A DNA stretch of 64,000 nucleotides from an uncultured Acidobacteriota bacterium (GTDB lineage: Bacteria; Acidobacteriota; Thermoanaerobaculia; Gp7-AA8): NCBI GenBank assembly GCA_963741955.1, contig CAVUKB010000006.1:128001-192000 (forward strand), read 5' to 3'. Below the pieces are notes generated by a model. The model was not told the DNA's origin. It worked only from the letters and a program-made list of their open reading frames with translations, and did not search any database. Position 1 is the stretch's first letter; each line of letters opens with the position of its first letter. Below, piece after piece: positions 47,634 to 57,270 of this stretch. The position numbers were made by a program, and so were the translations under genes.

Positions 47634-48415
47634 TCTGCACCTCCTTCGTCCCGCGGCTCACGATGGCGTTTCTCTTCACGCTCGACTGCGGCGACGTCGT
47701 TGCGTCGGTTGGTGATCCAGTAGATTCCGCCCAGCAGGACGAACCCGAGACTGGTGATGTCCGGGATCTTGGAAAGGGCCTGGTGGGTGAGCAGAGGCAT
47801 CGCCTCCTGATCGTAGTCGGGCTTGAAGCCGAATTTCTCGAACGGGATCGGAGAGAGGAGAAAGACCGACGTCCCGCCGACTTCCCGCTCGCCGAAGAGA
47901 TGGTTCATGTACTGGCCCGGGTTGTCCCGGATTCTCTTGCGGGCCTCGGCGAGGAGCTCGCCGCGGTCGCCGGAGATGGTCGCGCCGGTCGGGCAGGCAT
48001 CGGAACAGGAGGTCGCTTTACCGGCCGCGGTCAGGTCGGGGCACATGATGCACTTGCGGACGCGCGGAATCACCGCGTTCCATTCGTACTTCGGAACGCC
48101 GAACGGGCAGGCGACCATGCAGTACCGGCAGCCCATGCACTTGTCGGCGTCGTAGAGCACCGGGCCCCAGGCGGTCTTGTACAGCGCCCCGACCGGGCAG
48201 ACGGAGGCGCAGGAGGGATCCTCGCAATGCATGCAGAGCTTCCGCATGAACTTCTCATCGCCCGCGGTGAGAACGGTGGTGAACTTGTGCTCCGAGGTCC
48301 TGGTTTCTTCGGCGATCGCCGAATCGTAGGGGAGTGAGTTTTTTTGGGCGCAGGCCTCCTCGCATTGCTTGCAGCCGATGCAGAGTGTCGCGTCGTAGAG
48401 TAACGCTCTCGTCAT
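47630..48415 (-). CDS. 4Fe-4S dicluster protein (HybA/FdnH/HmcB-like) with C-terminal TM
   Basis: CIGCKQCEEAC, CMHCEDPSCASVCP, CMGCRYCMVACP, KCIMC..CSDACP; GEREVGGT. Confidence 0.9.
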   Translation of the reverse strand: MTRALLYDATLCIGCKQCEEACAQKNSLPYDSAIAEETRTSEHKFTTVLTAGDEKFMRKLCMHCEDPSCASVCPVGALYKTAWGPVLYDADKCMGCRYCMVACPFGVPKYEWNAVIPRVRKCIMCPDLTAAGKATSCSDACPTGATISGDRGELLAEARKRIRDNPGQYMNHLFGEREVGGTSVFLLSPIPFEKFGFKPDYDQEAMPLLTHQALSKIPDITSLGFVLLGGIYWITNRRNDVAAVEREEKRHREPRDEGGAE

Positions 48416-48505
48416 TTCACAGTCTCCTGCGCAGGCCGGCGGGAGTCGCGCTGCGCAAATTCGTTCGGAGCGGAGGAGGTCCCGGGTGGTGGGAGTCCCC
48501 TTTCG

Positions 48506-48841
48506 CTACTTCTCGAGAGTGCGGATGAAGCTCACCAGAGCCTTGATCTGTTCGCCGCTCACGCCTTTCTTCGCGAAAGCGTGAGAAGCCTTGCCGTCTT
48601 TTCCTTCGCTGATGATTTTCGTCAGCTCGGCGTCCGAAAGGCTCTGGACTTCGGGCGAGCCGAGATCAGCGAGCTGGTTCTTCTTCCCGAACATGGTGTC
48701 GCCGCTCCCGTCCGGCCCGTGACAGGCGGCGCACCTGGCCTTGAAGATCGCCGCGCCGTCTTCGGCCGCGAGGGCAGTCGCCGGCACGGCTGCGATCGCG
48801 GCGAGGAGCGCGACGAGGCAGAGAGTTGCAGTCCTTTTCAT
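48506..48841 (-). CDS. Monoheme cytochrome c
   Basis: Signal peptide, DGAAIFKARCAACHGPDG. Confidence 0.9.
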   Translation of the reverse strand: MKRTATLCLVALLAAIAAVPATALAAEDGAAIFKARCAACHGPDGSGDTMFGKKNQLADLGSPEVQSLSDAELTKIISEGKDGKASHAFAKKGVSGEQIKALVSFIRTLEK

Positions 48842-49052
48842 CGATTGTCCTTTCATATCGTTCAAACTTCGGCGGCGCTGACGGGCGGCGTTCACTTTTC
48901 ATCGGCGGGAACGCTTCCCGAGCTCGCGCCTGCGTGAATATTGATCGGTCCGCGGAAGGCGAAAGGGTGTGATTCAAACACCCGGCAATTGTGACGGAGA
49001 CCCTCGGGAGCCCGGTCAGTCGCTGTGATTCGCCACATCCGTACACGCGAAT

Positions 49053-49070
49053 CTGATGCAAACGCATCAG
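49053..49070. promoter_or_regulatory. Palindromic candidate activator site upstream of the cytochrome c operon
   Basis: CTGATGC-AAAC-GCATCAG, ~210 bp upstream of the start. Confidence 0.35.
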
Positions 49071-49275
49071 GGAGAGCATGAGAATCGCGCGCTGTGGCCG
49101 TCCTCCGCGCCTGATGTCTCTGATTTGTGAACAAACGTAAACTAATACCCCGATGGGAGTGTCGCAGGGAAGCGCGATTCTCGACGCGCACGGTTGCACG
49201 CTTTCACGCTGCGAAATTCTCCTCCGTCCGGCGTCACGCCGCCCCGCTTTCGTTGCACGGCGCCGCAGTTGTCCC

Positions 49276-50870
49276 AGGAGTCTGCGCGATAGGACGTAAG
49301 TTCGGCGCTTCCTGATGATCTCGGGTGACGTCCGCTCGCGAGCGGCAGAACCGGGCCATCGAAGCGCCTTGGGGTTGATGGAGCCGTTCTCGGGGAGGTG
49401 GCAGCGCGAAACACTTGCTCGGCGGGACTTTTCGGGGTTGGATACTGCTCTGCCGGGGCTATTCGACCGCAACCAGAGCGCTCATTCGCTTCAGATTGAT
49501 CACCAGGCACACCAGAGCCCATTCGCCGGCAACTTTGCGCGTCCCGCGGAGACTGAATCGTCGAAAGCCGAGAACGTTTTTGACCCAGCCAAACACCGGC
49601 TCAACGATCGCCTTTCGCCGGCGATAGACCGCCTTGCCTGCAGGTGAGTCCAACTTCTGCTTCATCCGCAGAGTAGCGGGGAGCGTCGTCTCAGCTGCGG
49701 TTTCTTTGCCTTCTCGTCCGAGAGAAACATACGCATCGATCTTCTTCTCCTCCAACTCGATGAACGAGCTTTCCGACTTGTAACCGGTGTCGGCAACAAC
49801 CTGGTCGGGGCTTGTTTCGCAATTCTGTTCGACCACCTCGACCAAAGGCACGAGTGATCCGCTGTCCGCCGCAGATTGTGTGATCTCGAATCCGACGATG
49901 AGTTGGTTATCGGCATCGACTGCGATCTGCGCGTTGTAGCACTGCTGAAATCCTTCCTGGGACTTCATGATTCGGCTCTCGGAATCGGTGAAGTTCTCTT
50001 GCGCTTTGTCCTCAGGTACGCCGAACTTCCGTTTGAATGGCTTACCCTTCTTCCTGGCCGGATCATCGTCGCCTTCGGAGCGACCAGCCTTCGTGTCCAG
50101 TTCCCGCTGTCGCTGTTCGAGTCGCTCTCGTGCATCTCTGATCTTTCGGATGCGTGTTTCCCGGCGCTGGAGCTCTTCGGGCAACTCATCCCCGCGTCGA
50201 TCAACCCCGTACTCGGCATCCTCCCGGGCATCCTCTTCCGCCGCTGTGGCCAAAATCTCCGCGATCTCCTTCTCGAGCTTCGCTTCTTCCTTCTTCATCC
50301 GATCGTAGCTCATCGCCTTGTGCTTGCTGGCATTCGCTCGCACCTTCGACCCGTCGATTGCGATCCTCCCGAGCGTAACTAACCCTGCCTCCTGAGCGGT
50401 CCGAATGATCTGGACCAGCAATGAGCTGAATGCGTCCACGTTTTCAAGCCGAAAGTCGCAGATGGTCCGATGCGATGGAAAGTTCCCGGCTGCAAGATAC
50501 CGGACGGCGATATCTTCATCGATCCGCCGGGCAATCTTGCGCGAGGAGAACGTTCCCGTCAGGTACGAATAGGTGATCAACTTGAGCATCATCCTCGGCT
50601 CGTAGGGCTGCTTCCGCCTGCCGTCGCCCTTGTACCGCTCGTAGAATGCACTCAGATCAAGCTGATCGATCATGTCGGAAACGAAGTGCGCCAAGTGACC
50701 CTCAGGGAGCCACTCGTATGGCGAGGGCGGAAGCAGCAGCGACTGCTCCGGTCGGTATGGCCTATACGTGGTCGGCATGACCTAATCTTAACATATTATC
50801 GTTACTACTAACCATTCACCTTTTATCATGCCGATTTGCCGCGAACCGGGTTTCTACCGCGCAGACTCCT
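49276..50870 (-). mobile_element. IS1182-family insertion sequence
   Basis: TIRs AGGAGTCTGCGCG(A/G)TAG; lower GC; encloses the transposase. Confidence 0.9.
49459..50778 (-). CDS. IS1182 transposase
   Basis: LLPPS..WLPEGHLA, YEPRMMLK, SSRKIA, IDGSKVRANASKHK, TDSESRIM, ADTGY, YRRRKAIVEPVFG. Confidence 0.95.
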   Translation of the reverse strand: MPTTYRPYRPEQSLLLPPSPYEWLPEGHLAHFVSDMIDQLDLSAFYERYKGDGRRKQPYEPRMMLKLITYSYLTGTFSSRKIARRIDEDIAVRYLAAGNFPSHRTICDFRLENVDAFSSLLVQIIRTAQEAGLVTLGRIAIDGSKVRANASKHKAMSYDRMKKEEAKLEKEIAEILATAAEEDAREDAEYGVDRRGDELPEELQRRETRIRKIRDARERLEQRQRELDTKAGRSEGDDDPARKKGKPFKRKFGVPEDKAQENFTDSESRIMKSQEGFQQCYNAQIAVDADNQLIVGFEITQSAADSGSLVPLVEVVEQNCETSPDQVVADTGYKSESSFIELEEKKIDAYVSLGREGKETAAETTLPATLRMKQKLDSPAGKAVYRRRKAIVEPVFGWVKNVLGFRRFSLRGTRKVAGEWALVCLVINLKRMSALVAVE

Positions 50871-51051
50871 AGCCTGCATTTCTCACACTATCTCTGCTGC
50901 GGAGACGGATAGCGGCCTGTCTACTACGTTGTGCACATCTTCGGCTCCTCGACATAGTCACCACTATGCCTTCGTCGCCGAAGCTGCGCGCACCTTGTAT
51001 CCAGGCCGTTCTCCGCCCCCTCGCGACGAGACGGTGTGAGAAATGCGGGCT
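50871..51051. mobile_element. MITE-B copy 2 (181 bp)
   Basis: Diverged inverted copy of 24525-24705 directly abutting the IS1182 left end. Confidence 0.85.
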
Positions 51052-51117
51052 GGAGGCGACCGCTGGCACCGTCCCTGAATCGGCGATTGCTGAGCCAGCA
51101 CCGGGAAGAGATCACTC

Positions 51118-52080
51118 ATGCCTTTCGAACATCCAGCCGATCTCCCTTCGTTCATCGAATCGCAGCTGCCGTTTCGGCGGCGGAGGTATCGTCTCGAGAC
51201 GGGTGGATATCGGGAAGAGCGGATGAGCTTTCTCGAGCAGCCTCCGGACGACGGCGCCGCAGTCCTCCTCCTCCATGGAAACCCGACCTGGAGCTTTCTG
51301 TGGAGAAAGGTGATGGTGCGTCTGCCCGGGTTCCATTGCGTGGCACCCGACCTGATCGGCTTCGGCCTCTCGGACCGTCTCCGCCGGATCGAGGAGCACT
51401 CGCTCGCCGGGCATGCGGACGCGGTGGCCGAGTTGGTGGCGCGGCTCGACCTGAGAGACGTCATCCTCGTCGGACAGGACTGGGGAGGCCCGATCGCGGC
51501 GGCAGTGGGTTCACGCCTGCCGGATCGGGTTCGCGGCCTGTTGCTCGCCAACACGTCGGTACTCGTTCCGCATCGATGGCGGGGAACGAAGTTTCACCGC
51601 TTCGCGCGGATGCCGGTCGTGAGCGACATCGCGTTCCGTCTGCTGGGGTTTCCCCAGAACCGGCTGGACCGGGTACAGGGAGATCCGGCGTCCATTCGTG
51701 GCGAGGTGGCACGCGCTTACCGCTGGCCTCTTTCGCGCTGGCGCGATCGGGCCGGCCCTCTCGCGCTCGCCAGAATGGTGCCTGACTCCGAATCTCACCC
51801 GAGCGTGGCCGAGATCCGGAGGGGTGAAGAGTGGGCCCGCGGATTCGGGGGACCGATCGCCCTCGTCTGGGGAGAGCGCGATCCGATTCTCGGGCGGATG
51901 CTTCGGAGACACGAAGAAGCATTTCCTTCCGCGCACGTGGTGCGAACCGAGGCGGGACATTTCCTGCAGGAAGAAGTGCCCGACGCGATCGCATCTGCGA
52001 TCGTCGAGCTCGATCGCGCGATTTCTCCGGAAATTCCGCCCGAAACGAGCGCGACGAAGCTGCCCGAAGCTCAGGTGTAA
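51118..52080 (+). CDS. Alpha/beta hydrolase, haloalkane dehalogenase-like
   Basis: LLHGNPTWSFLWR, APDLIGFGLSD, GQDWGG, AGHFLQEE. Confidence 0.88.
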   Translation: MPFEHPADLPSFIESQLPFRRRRYRLETGGYREERMSFLEQPPDDGAAVLLLHGNPTWSFLWRKVMVRLPGFHCVAPDLIGFGLSDRLRRIEEHSLAGHADAVAELVARLDLRDVILVGQDWGGPIAAAVGSRLPDRVRGLLLANTSVLVPHRWRGTKFHRFARMPVVSDIAFRLLGFPQNRLDRVQGDPASIRGEVARAYRWPLSRWRDRAGPLALARMVPDSESHPSVAEIRRGEEWARGFGGPIALVWGERDPILGRMLRRHEEAFPSAHVVRTEAGHFLQEEVPDAIASAIVELDRAISPEIPPETSATKLPEAQV

Positions 52081-52269
52081 AGATCGTATTCCTCAGGCTC
52101 GGCTCCTCGTCAGCGGTGGCTCGATCGTTGCTCCCTTACTGAGGTGGCGGCTGTTCCTCGCGGTACGAACGCGGCCATCCCCCGCTGCGTCGGAGGGAGT
52201 GGTCCACCTCCGCGCCGGACCGGCGGCCATGAACCCGAACTGTTCAACTACGACCTGAAAGGAGGCCTC

Positions 52270-52791
52270 ATGTTTCCTCCGAACCGAGAGACCGGCCGGA
52301 ACCGCATTCCGAGTCAGGGGACCGAAGCGAATGGAAACCTTCCGGAGAAACTTTCCATGCACGGAGCTCAGGAGAAGCTCCGAGAGAAATCAGGCGAGAT
52401 CGTCCGCACGGCTCGCGACGCGATGCGCTCGTCGCTCGCCGAGGGATTGAGAACTTCCGCGGACGAATTTTCGGCGGCCTCACGCGTGCTGCGCGACGGA
52501 TCGCAGACGCTTCGTTCCGAAGAGCACCGCACGGCCGCGCGGGCCATCGATTCGATTGCCACATTCTGTGATCAGGCGTCGGGACGGCTCGGAAGGACCT
52601 CTGCCGACGACGTGATCGACCGTTCGGCGGATTTCGTCCGGCGGCACAGCAGTGTGGTTCTCGCCGGATCGATGCTCGCCGGCTTCGTTGCAGCGCGTGC
52701 GATGAAGGGGATGGCCGCACAGCCGCGCCCGGTCTCCCGTCTCCAGGATCGCGAGACGGACCGCTGGATCCAGCGCGGAATCGAGAGCTGA
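52270..52791 (+). CDS. Hypothetical helical protein (general-stress/ElaB-like C-terminal anchor)
   Basis: AAGGAGG RBS; DFVRRHSSVVLAGSMLAGFVAAR motif. Confidence 0.6.
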   Translation: MFPPNRETGRNRIPSQGTEANGNLPEKLSMHGAQEKLREKSGEIVRTARDAMRSSLAEGLRTSADEFSAASRVLRDGSQTLRSEEHRTAARAIDSIATFCDQASGRLGRTSADDVIDRSADFVRRHSSVVLAGSMLAGFVAARAMKGMAAQPRPVSRLQDRETDRWIQRGIES

Positions 52792-52807
52792 ACGAAAGGA
52801 GCCGCTG

Positions 52808-53290
52808 ATGATTGACGAATCGAACCAGGCGACCGGCGATGAAAACCAGGAGCAGAGGCGCGAAGAGCGGCAGACCCGGATCGCTCAGGCGAAAGAGCGG
52901 GCCTCGGAACTGACCGAAAGCGCGAGACAGAGCGTTCAACACGCACGGCAGGAGGCGGCGGAACGCGTCCGGCAGACTCGTGAGACGGCGAAACGGAGGG
53001 CCGGCGCATCGACACGCCGCGCGATCGATTTCGCCCACGACAATCCCCTCGTCGTTGCTGCCGCCGGTATTGCGGCAGGCGCGGTGATCGGGCTGATCCT
53101 TCCGGAGAGTGAACGGGAAAGGAGGACCTTCTCCCCTGCAGGCGAACGCATCCGCGATCGCGGCCGAAAGGCATTGGATCAAGCGAAGGAGCATGGGCGA
53201 TCGATCGCGAAAGAAGCCGCGGACGCCGCCGGAGAGGCAATCCGCGAATCGGTGAACAGGCAGGTGGAAGAGGCGCGGAACCGCCGATGA
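52808..53290 (+). CDS. ElaB/YqjD/DUF3618-like stress protein
   Basis: Coiled-coil plus DNPLVVAAAGIAAGAVIGLILPESERE; AAGGAG RBS. Confidence 0.7.
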   Translation: MIDESNQATGDENQEQRREERQTRIAQAKERASELTESARQSVQHARQEAAERVRQTRETAKRRAGASTRRAIDFAHDNPLVVAAAGIAAGAVIGLILPESERERRTFSPAGERIRDRGRKALDQAKEHGRSIAKEAADAAGEAIRESVNRQVEEARNRR

Positions 53291-53329
53291 GGGTACCGGT
53301 GCCGGCGGGCGCGCGCGACGGGAGTTGAC

Positions 53330-54277
53330 GTGGCACAGGAGGGATCGAAAGTCGTCGTCTACGCAGCGCTCGCCGGAAACGGCGCGATCGCCGTGAGCAA
53401 GTTCGCGGCGGCTGCGTTCACCGGCAGCTCGTCCATGCTCAGCGAAGCGATGCACTCGACCGTCGACACCGGAAACGAGGCGCTGATGCTTCTCGGGTTG
53501 AAGAAGAGCCGAAAGCCCGCCGACCGGAGTCACCCGTTCGGCTACGGAAAAGAGCTCTACTTCTGGACGTTCGTCGTCGCAATCTCGATCTTCGCGGTCG
53601 GCGGCGGGATGTCGATCTACGAAGGAATCAAACACATCCTCCGGCCGGAAAAGCTCGAGAGTCCGCTCTGGGCCTATGCCGTGCTCGGGATCGCATTCGT
53701 CTTCGAGGGAATCAGCTGGTTCATCGCACTCCGGAAAGTCCTTCACCGGAAGAGTGACGACGAGAGCATCCTGGATCGGATCCACCGAAGCAAGGACCCG
53801 ACCGTCTTCACGGTGCTCCTCGAGGACTCCGCCGCGCTGGTCGGGATCATCTTTGCGTTCGCAGGGGTCGCGCTCTCACACCTGTTCGAGAAACCGTGGA
53901 TCGACGGAGCGGCATCGATCGCCATCGGTCTGACTCTGGTCGCAGTCTCCCTCGTGCTCGCCTACGAGAGTAAAGCGCTGCTGGTTGGTGAGAGCGCCAG
54001 CCAGTCGATGATCGACGAGATCCACCAGATCGTGAACGAGGACCCCGACGTCGAACGCGCCGGCATCCCCCTGACCATGCAGCTCGCACCGGAGGAGGTC
54101 CTGCTGAATCTGGAGATCGGGTTCCGGGACGGAATCTCGTCGCGCGATCTGGAGAAGGTCATCGACCGGCTGGAAGCTGCGATCCGCGAGAAGCACTCGC
54201 AAGTCGGGCGGATCTTCATCGAAGTGGAAGGACTGAAGGAGCTCGATTCGAGAGACGACTTCGCCGATATTCGGTGA
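53330..54277 (+). CDS. Cation diffusion facilitator (CDF) transporter
   Basis: SEAMHSTVDTGN, HPFGYGKELYFW, EDSAALVG, dimerisation domain. Confidence 0.93.
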   Translation: MAQEGSKVVVYAALAGNGAIAVSKFAAAAFTGSSSMLSEAMHSTVDTGNEALMLLGLKKSRKPADRSHPFGYGKELYFWTFVVAISIFAVGGGMSIYEGIKHILRPEKLESPLWAYAVLGIAFVFEGISWFIALRKVLHRKSDDESILDRIHRSKDPTVFTVLLEDSAALVGIIFAFAGVALSHLFEKPWIDGAASIAIGLTLVAVSLVLAYESKALLVGESASQSMIDEIHQIVNEDPDVERAGIPLTMQLAPEEVLLNLEIGFRDGISSRDLEKVIDRLEAAIREKHSQVGRIFIEVEGLKELDSRDDFADIR

Positions 54278-54292
54278 AGCATCCGGTGAAGC

Positions 54293-54378
54293 ATCTATTA
54301 TCTATTATCTATTATCTATTATCTATTATCTATTAGCATATACTTAAGCTATCAGTTAATAGATAACAGATAATAGGT
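54293..54378. repeat. (ATCTATT)6 heptamer tract with partial inverted copies
   Basis: Six perfect units 54293-54334; AATAGAT/AACAGAT/AATAGGT at 54358-54378. Confidence 0.9.
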
Positions 54379-54384
54379 GTCTTG

Positions 54385-55842
54385 TTAGAGATTGAGTACG
54401 GGGCGGGCGATGGTGAACAGGATCGCGTTGATCAGCACGATGAAGATCAGGTTCAGCCACAAGCCGGCCTTCGCCATCTGCGGGATGGTGACGTCGCCGC
54501 TTGCGTAGACGAGCGCATTCGGCGGTGTCGCGACCGGCATCATGAACGCACAACTCGCGCCGAGAGCAGCAGGGACCGCGAGGAACAGCGGATTCATTCC
54601 GAGACCGATCGCAAGCGATCCGACCAGCGGGAGGAAGGCCGCCGCGGTCGCGGTGTTGCTGGTCAGCTCCGTCAGAAACACGATCACGGTCGTGACCACC
54701 AGGGTGATCACGACCACCGGGAGCCCTTCCAGGCCCGACATCCTTCCGCCGATCCATTCCGCGAGACCAGTGCTCTCGACCGCGTGAGCCAGGGAGAGGC
54801 CGCCGCCGAAGAGGATCAGCACTCCCCACGGAAGACGTTCCACGTCTTTCCACGAGATCACGCGCTCCCCACTGCGCCAGCGGGTGGGAATCACGAAGAG
54901 TGCGAGTCCTCCCGCAATCGCAATTCCGGTATCGGAGAGCCCGTGAACGAACCTGGCCAGAAGTGGCCGGAACATCCAGGCGAGTGCGGTCAGGCTCCCG
55001 ACGATCGCCACGATCGCTTCGCTTCGCCCGAACGCGCCGAGAGAACGGATCTCCCGCGCAATGATCTCGGCGCCCCCTTCGATCTCGCGGTTCCGGGCAG
55101 GGTAGAGAATCTTCGCGAGAAGCAGCCAGCAGAGAGGGAGCGAGATTGCGACCAGGGGGACGCCGACCAGCATCCACTGCCCGAAGCCGATCTCGACGTG
55201 GTAGCTCTCCTTCACGAATCCTGCGAGGAGCGCATTCGGCGGCGTTCCGATCAGTGTGCCGAGACCTCCGATACTTGCGGCGTACGCGATGCCGAGCAGC
55301 AACGAAGTGGCGAGATTCCGGTCCGGCTCGGCGCTCCGTTCGTTGGTCAGGCGGATCACCGAGAGAGTGATCGGAAGCATCATCATCACCGTCGCGGTGT
55401 TGCTCACCCACATGCTCAGCAGGGCTGTGGCGATCATGAAGCCGCCGACCAGATTTGCAGACCTGGTCCCGACCACCCGGATGATCGAGAGGGCGATGCG
55501 GCGATGCAGCCCTGATTCTTCCAGCCCCGCCGCGAGGATGAACCCGCCGAGGAAGAGGAAGATGATCGGATTCGCATAGGGGGCCGCAGCTGCATCGATC
55601 TTCAGCACCCCGAGGAGCGGAAAAAGCACCAGCGGCAGGAGCGCAGTCGCGGCGATCGGAAGGGCCTCGGAGATCCACCAGATCGCCATGAAGATGCCGC
55701 ACGCGGAGGTATGCCAGGCCGGGAGGGTCATCCCCGAGGGAGGGTTCGCGGAGAGCATCAGGGCGAATATGACCGGCCCGGCGATCAGGCCGATTCGCTC
55801 CCGGGTCATGAGCGAGCGCTCATTCGGACTCGCGTCAGGCAT
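54385..55842 (-). CDS. DASS/SLC13 sodium-coupled dicarboxylate or sulfate symporter
   Basis: LHRRIAL, SMWVSNTAT, IGTPPN, TELTSNTAT, MPVATPPNA. Confidence 0.95.
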   Translation of the reverse strand: MPDASPNERSLMTRERIGLIAGPVIFALMLSANPPSGMTLPAWHTSACGIFMAIWWISEALPIAATALLPLVLFPLLGVLKIDAAAAPYANPIIFLFLGGFILAAGLEESGLHRRIALSIIRVVGTRSANLVGGFMIATALLSMWVSNTATVMMMLPITLSVIRLTNERSAEPDRNLATSLLLGIAYAASIGGLGTLIGTPPNALLAGFVKESYHVEIGFGQWMLVGVPLVAISLPLCWLLLAKILYPARNREIEGGAEIIAREIRSLGAFGRSEAIVAIVGSLTALAWMFRPLLARFVHGLSDTGIAIAGGLALFVIPTRWRSGERVISWKDVERLPWGVLILFGGGLSLAHAVESTGLAEWIGGRMSGLEGLPVVVITLVVTTVIVFLTELTSNTATAAAFLPLVGSLAIGLGMNPLFLAVPAALGASCAFMMPVATPPNALVYASGDVTIPQMAKAGLWLNLIFIVLINAILFTIARPVLNL

Positions 55843-55961
55843 GGACGTGCTTCATTCTGCTGCACGAGCCGGCTGGAGCGCAAACCCGGGGAAATCGATC
55901 GGGTGCGCAGCGCGGGTGCAGCGACGCGTCACGAACCGGAATCCCACCCCTGCCGGATCGC

Positions 55962-56678
55962 CTACTCCACCATGCTGCCGTAACGCACGACCTGATACGA
56001 CGGGGGGAGCGCCTCGATCGAAGAACTTTCGGGATGATAGATCCAGAGAACGTCGTGGTCGATGCAATCGGGCCCGTAGAGACGGTCGCCTGCAGGAGAG
56101 GTCCGTATCACCAGGTGCCCTTCGGGAGTGAAACCTTCGGGTTCGCGCCAGACCGAGCACTTCTTCGCATACTTCCCCCGCAGCAACCCGTCGATGTCGA
56201 CCTGTGTCACCCGATGTGCGAGCGCGTCGTAGAGAAGAATCAGCGGAGGATTCTCTTCCGTGTGATACGTCCAGGTGGGCATCCGGAGAAGGAGGGTCCG
56301 GCCGTCCGGCGCCCAGTCGACGATCGACAGCGAATTGCCGTTCTCCCCCTCCGCGGTGGGATTCTGAGTGAACACGTTCTCGAAATGATTCGAAGGGCCC
56401 GAGACGTAGAGTCGCGACACGTTGTGACAGGTCCTTCGATCGGGATCGTTCGTATCTTCGGCGAGGGCTTCCACCACCGCATACGCCTGAAACTGGCGAT
56501 CCGGCGAGACGACTACCGGACTCTGCGCGAATCGCGGTCCGAACGGGGCGCCGGGCGAACTGCCCCAGCAGCTCACGCGTGACGTGTCGGAAAGGACCTC
56601 TACGTATCGGTGCCCGCGCATGGTGGAGCACGATGCCGCGGTCACGAGGGCGGCAAAGGCCGCGGCGAGGGGAAGCAT
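55962..56678 (-). CDS. Hypothetical lipoprotein (beta-propeller-like fragments)
   Basis: Lipobox TAASC; SPDRQ, WAPDGR, FTPEG motifs; start uncertain. Confidence 0.6.
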   Translation of the reverse strand: MLPLAAAFAALVTAASCSTMRGHRYVEVLSDTSRVSCWGSSPGAPFGPRFAQSPVVVSPDRQFQAYAVVEALAEDTNDPDRRTCHNVSRLYVSGPSNHFENVFTQNPTAEGENGNSLSIVDWAPDGRTLLLRMPTWTYHTEENPPLILLYDALAHRVTQVDIDGLLRGKYAKKCSVWREPEGFTPEGHLVIRTSPAGDRLYGPDCIDHDVLWIYHPESSSIEALPPSYQVVRYGSMVE

Positions 56679-56790
56679 TCTCGTCTGCACGCTCGTGGCC
56701 GGTGCGAATGATGTGCCCACGAGAGGACAGTACCGGGCAACCCGCCGGGTCTATACTGCGAGATACCGAATGGTTGGAGGAGATCTGACG

Positions 56791-57219
56791 ATGAAGATGA
56801 CCCGATTCGCGTTTCTTGCCGTGTCCGCTCTCGTGCTGCTGCCACTCTCCGCAAGCGCGGCCGACCACCCGAATATGAAGCCCGGCAAATGGGAGGTCAC
56901 CACGAAAATGGAGATGGAAGGAATGCCGATGGCCATGCCTCCGGTCACCGTGACCCATTGCTACAAGCAGGAAGACATCGAGAATCCTGAGAAGTCGCTG
57001 CCGAAGGGATCCAATCAGGGCGACTGCAAGATGCTCGACTACAAGCTCGACGGAAACAAGGTGACCTGGAAGGTCGAGTGCACCGGCAAGCAGAAAGTGA
57101 CCGGATCGGGCGAGGTCGTCTACAGCGGCGACTCGTACGAAGGCACCATGAACATGGAAATGGAACAGCACAAGATGAAGATGAACTTCAAGGCGCACCG
57201 GCTCGGCGATTGTGAATAG
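56791..57219 (+). CDS. DUF3617 family secreted protein
   Basis: Signal peptide, MKPGKWEVTTKMEMEGMP, C..C..C, HRLGDC; GGAGGAG RBS. Confidence 0.88.
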   Translation: MKMTRFAFLAVSALVLLPLSASAADHPNMKPGKWEVTTKMEMEGMPMAMPPVTVTHCYKQEDIENPEKSLPKGSNQGDCKMLDYKLDGNKVTWKVECTGKQKVTGSGEVVYSGDSYEGTMNMEMEQHKMKMNFKAHRLGDCE

Positions 57220-57245
57220 CCGTTTCCTTCAGCGTGCACCGGTTC

Positions 57246-57270
57246 AGGGGCTCCGTTGGAGCCCCTTTTT
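57246..57270 (+). terminator. Rho-independent terminator
   Basis: GGGGCTCC-GTT-GGAGCCCC-TTTTT. Confidence 0.85.

Noticed and set aside
46467-48415. Hydrogenase-2 (hybAB) call
   Set aside because: No large or small hydrogenase subunits or maturation genes, so symbols were withheld
48900-49270. Sigma54 promoter for the redox operon
   Set aside because: The best TGGC candidate has GG-N9-GC spacing rather than the required N10
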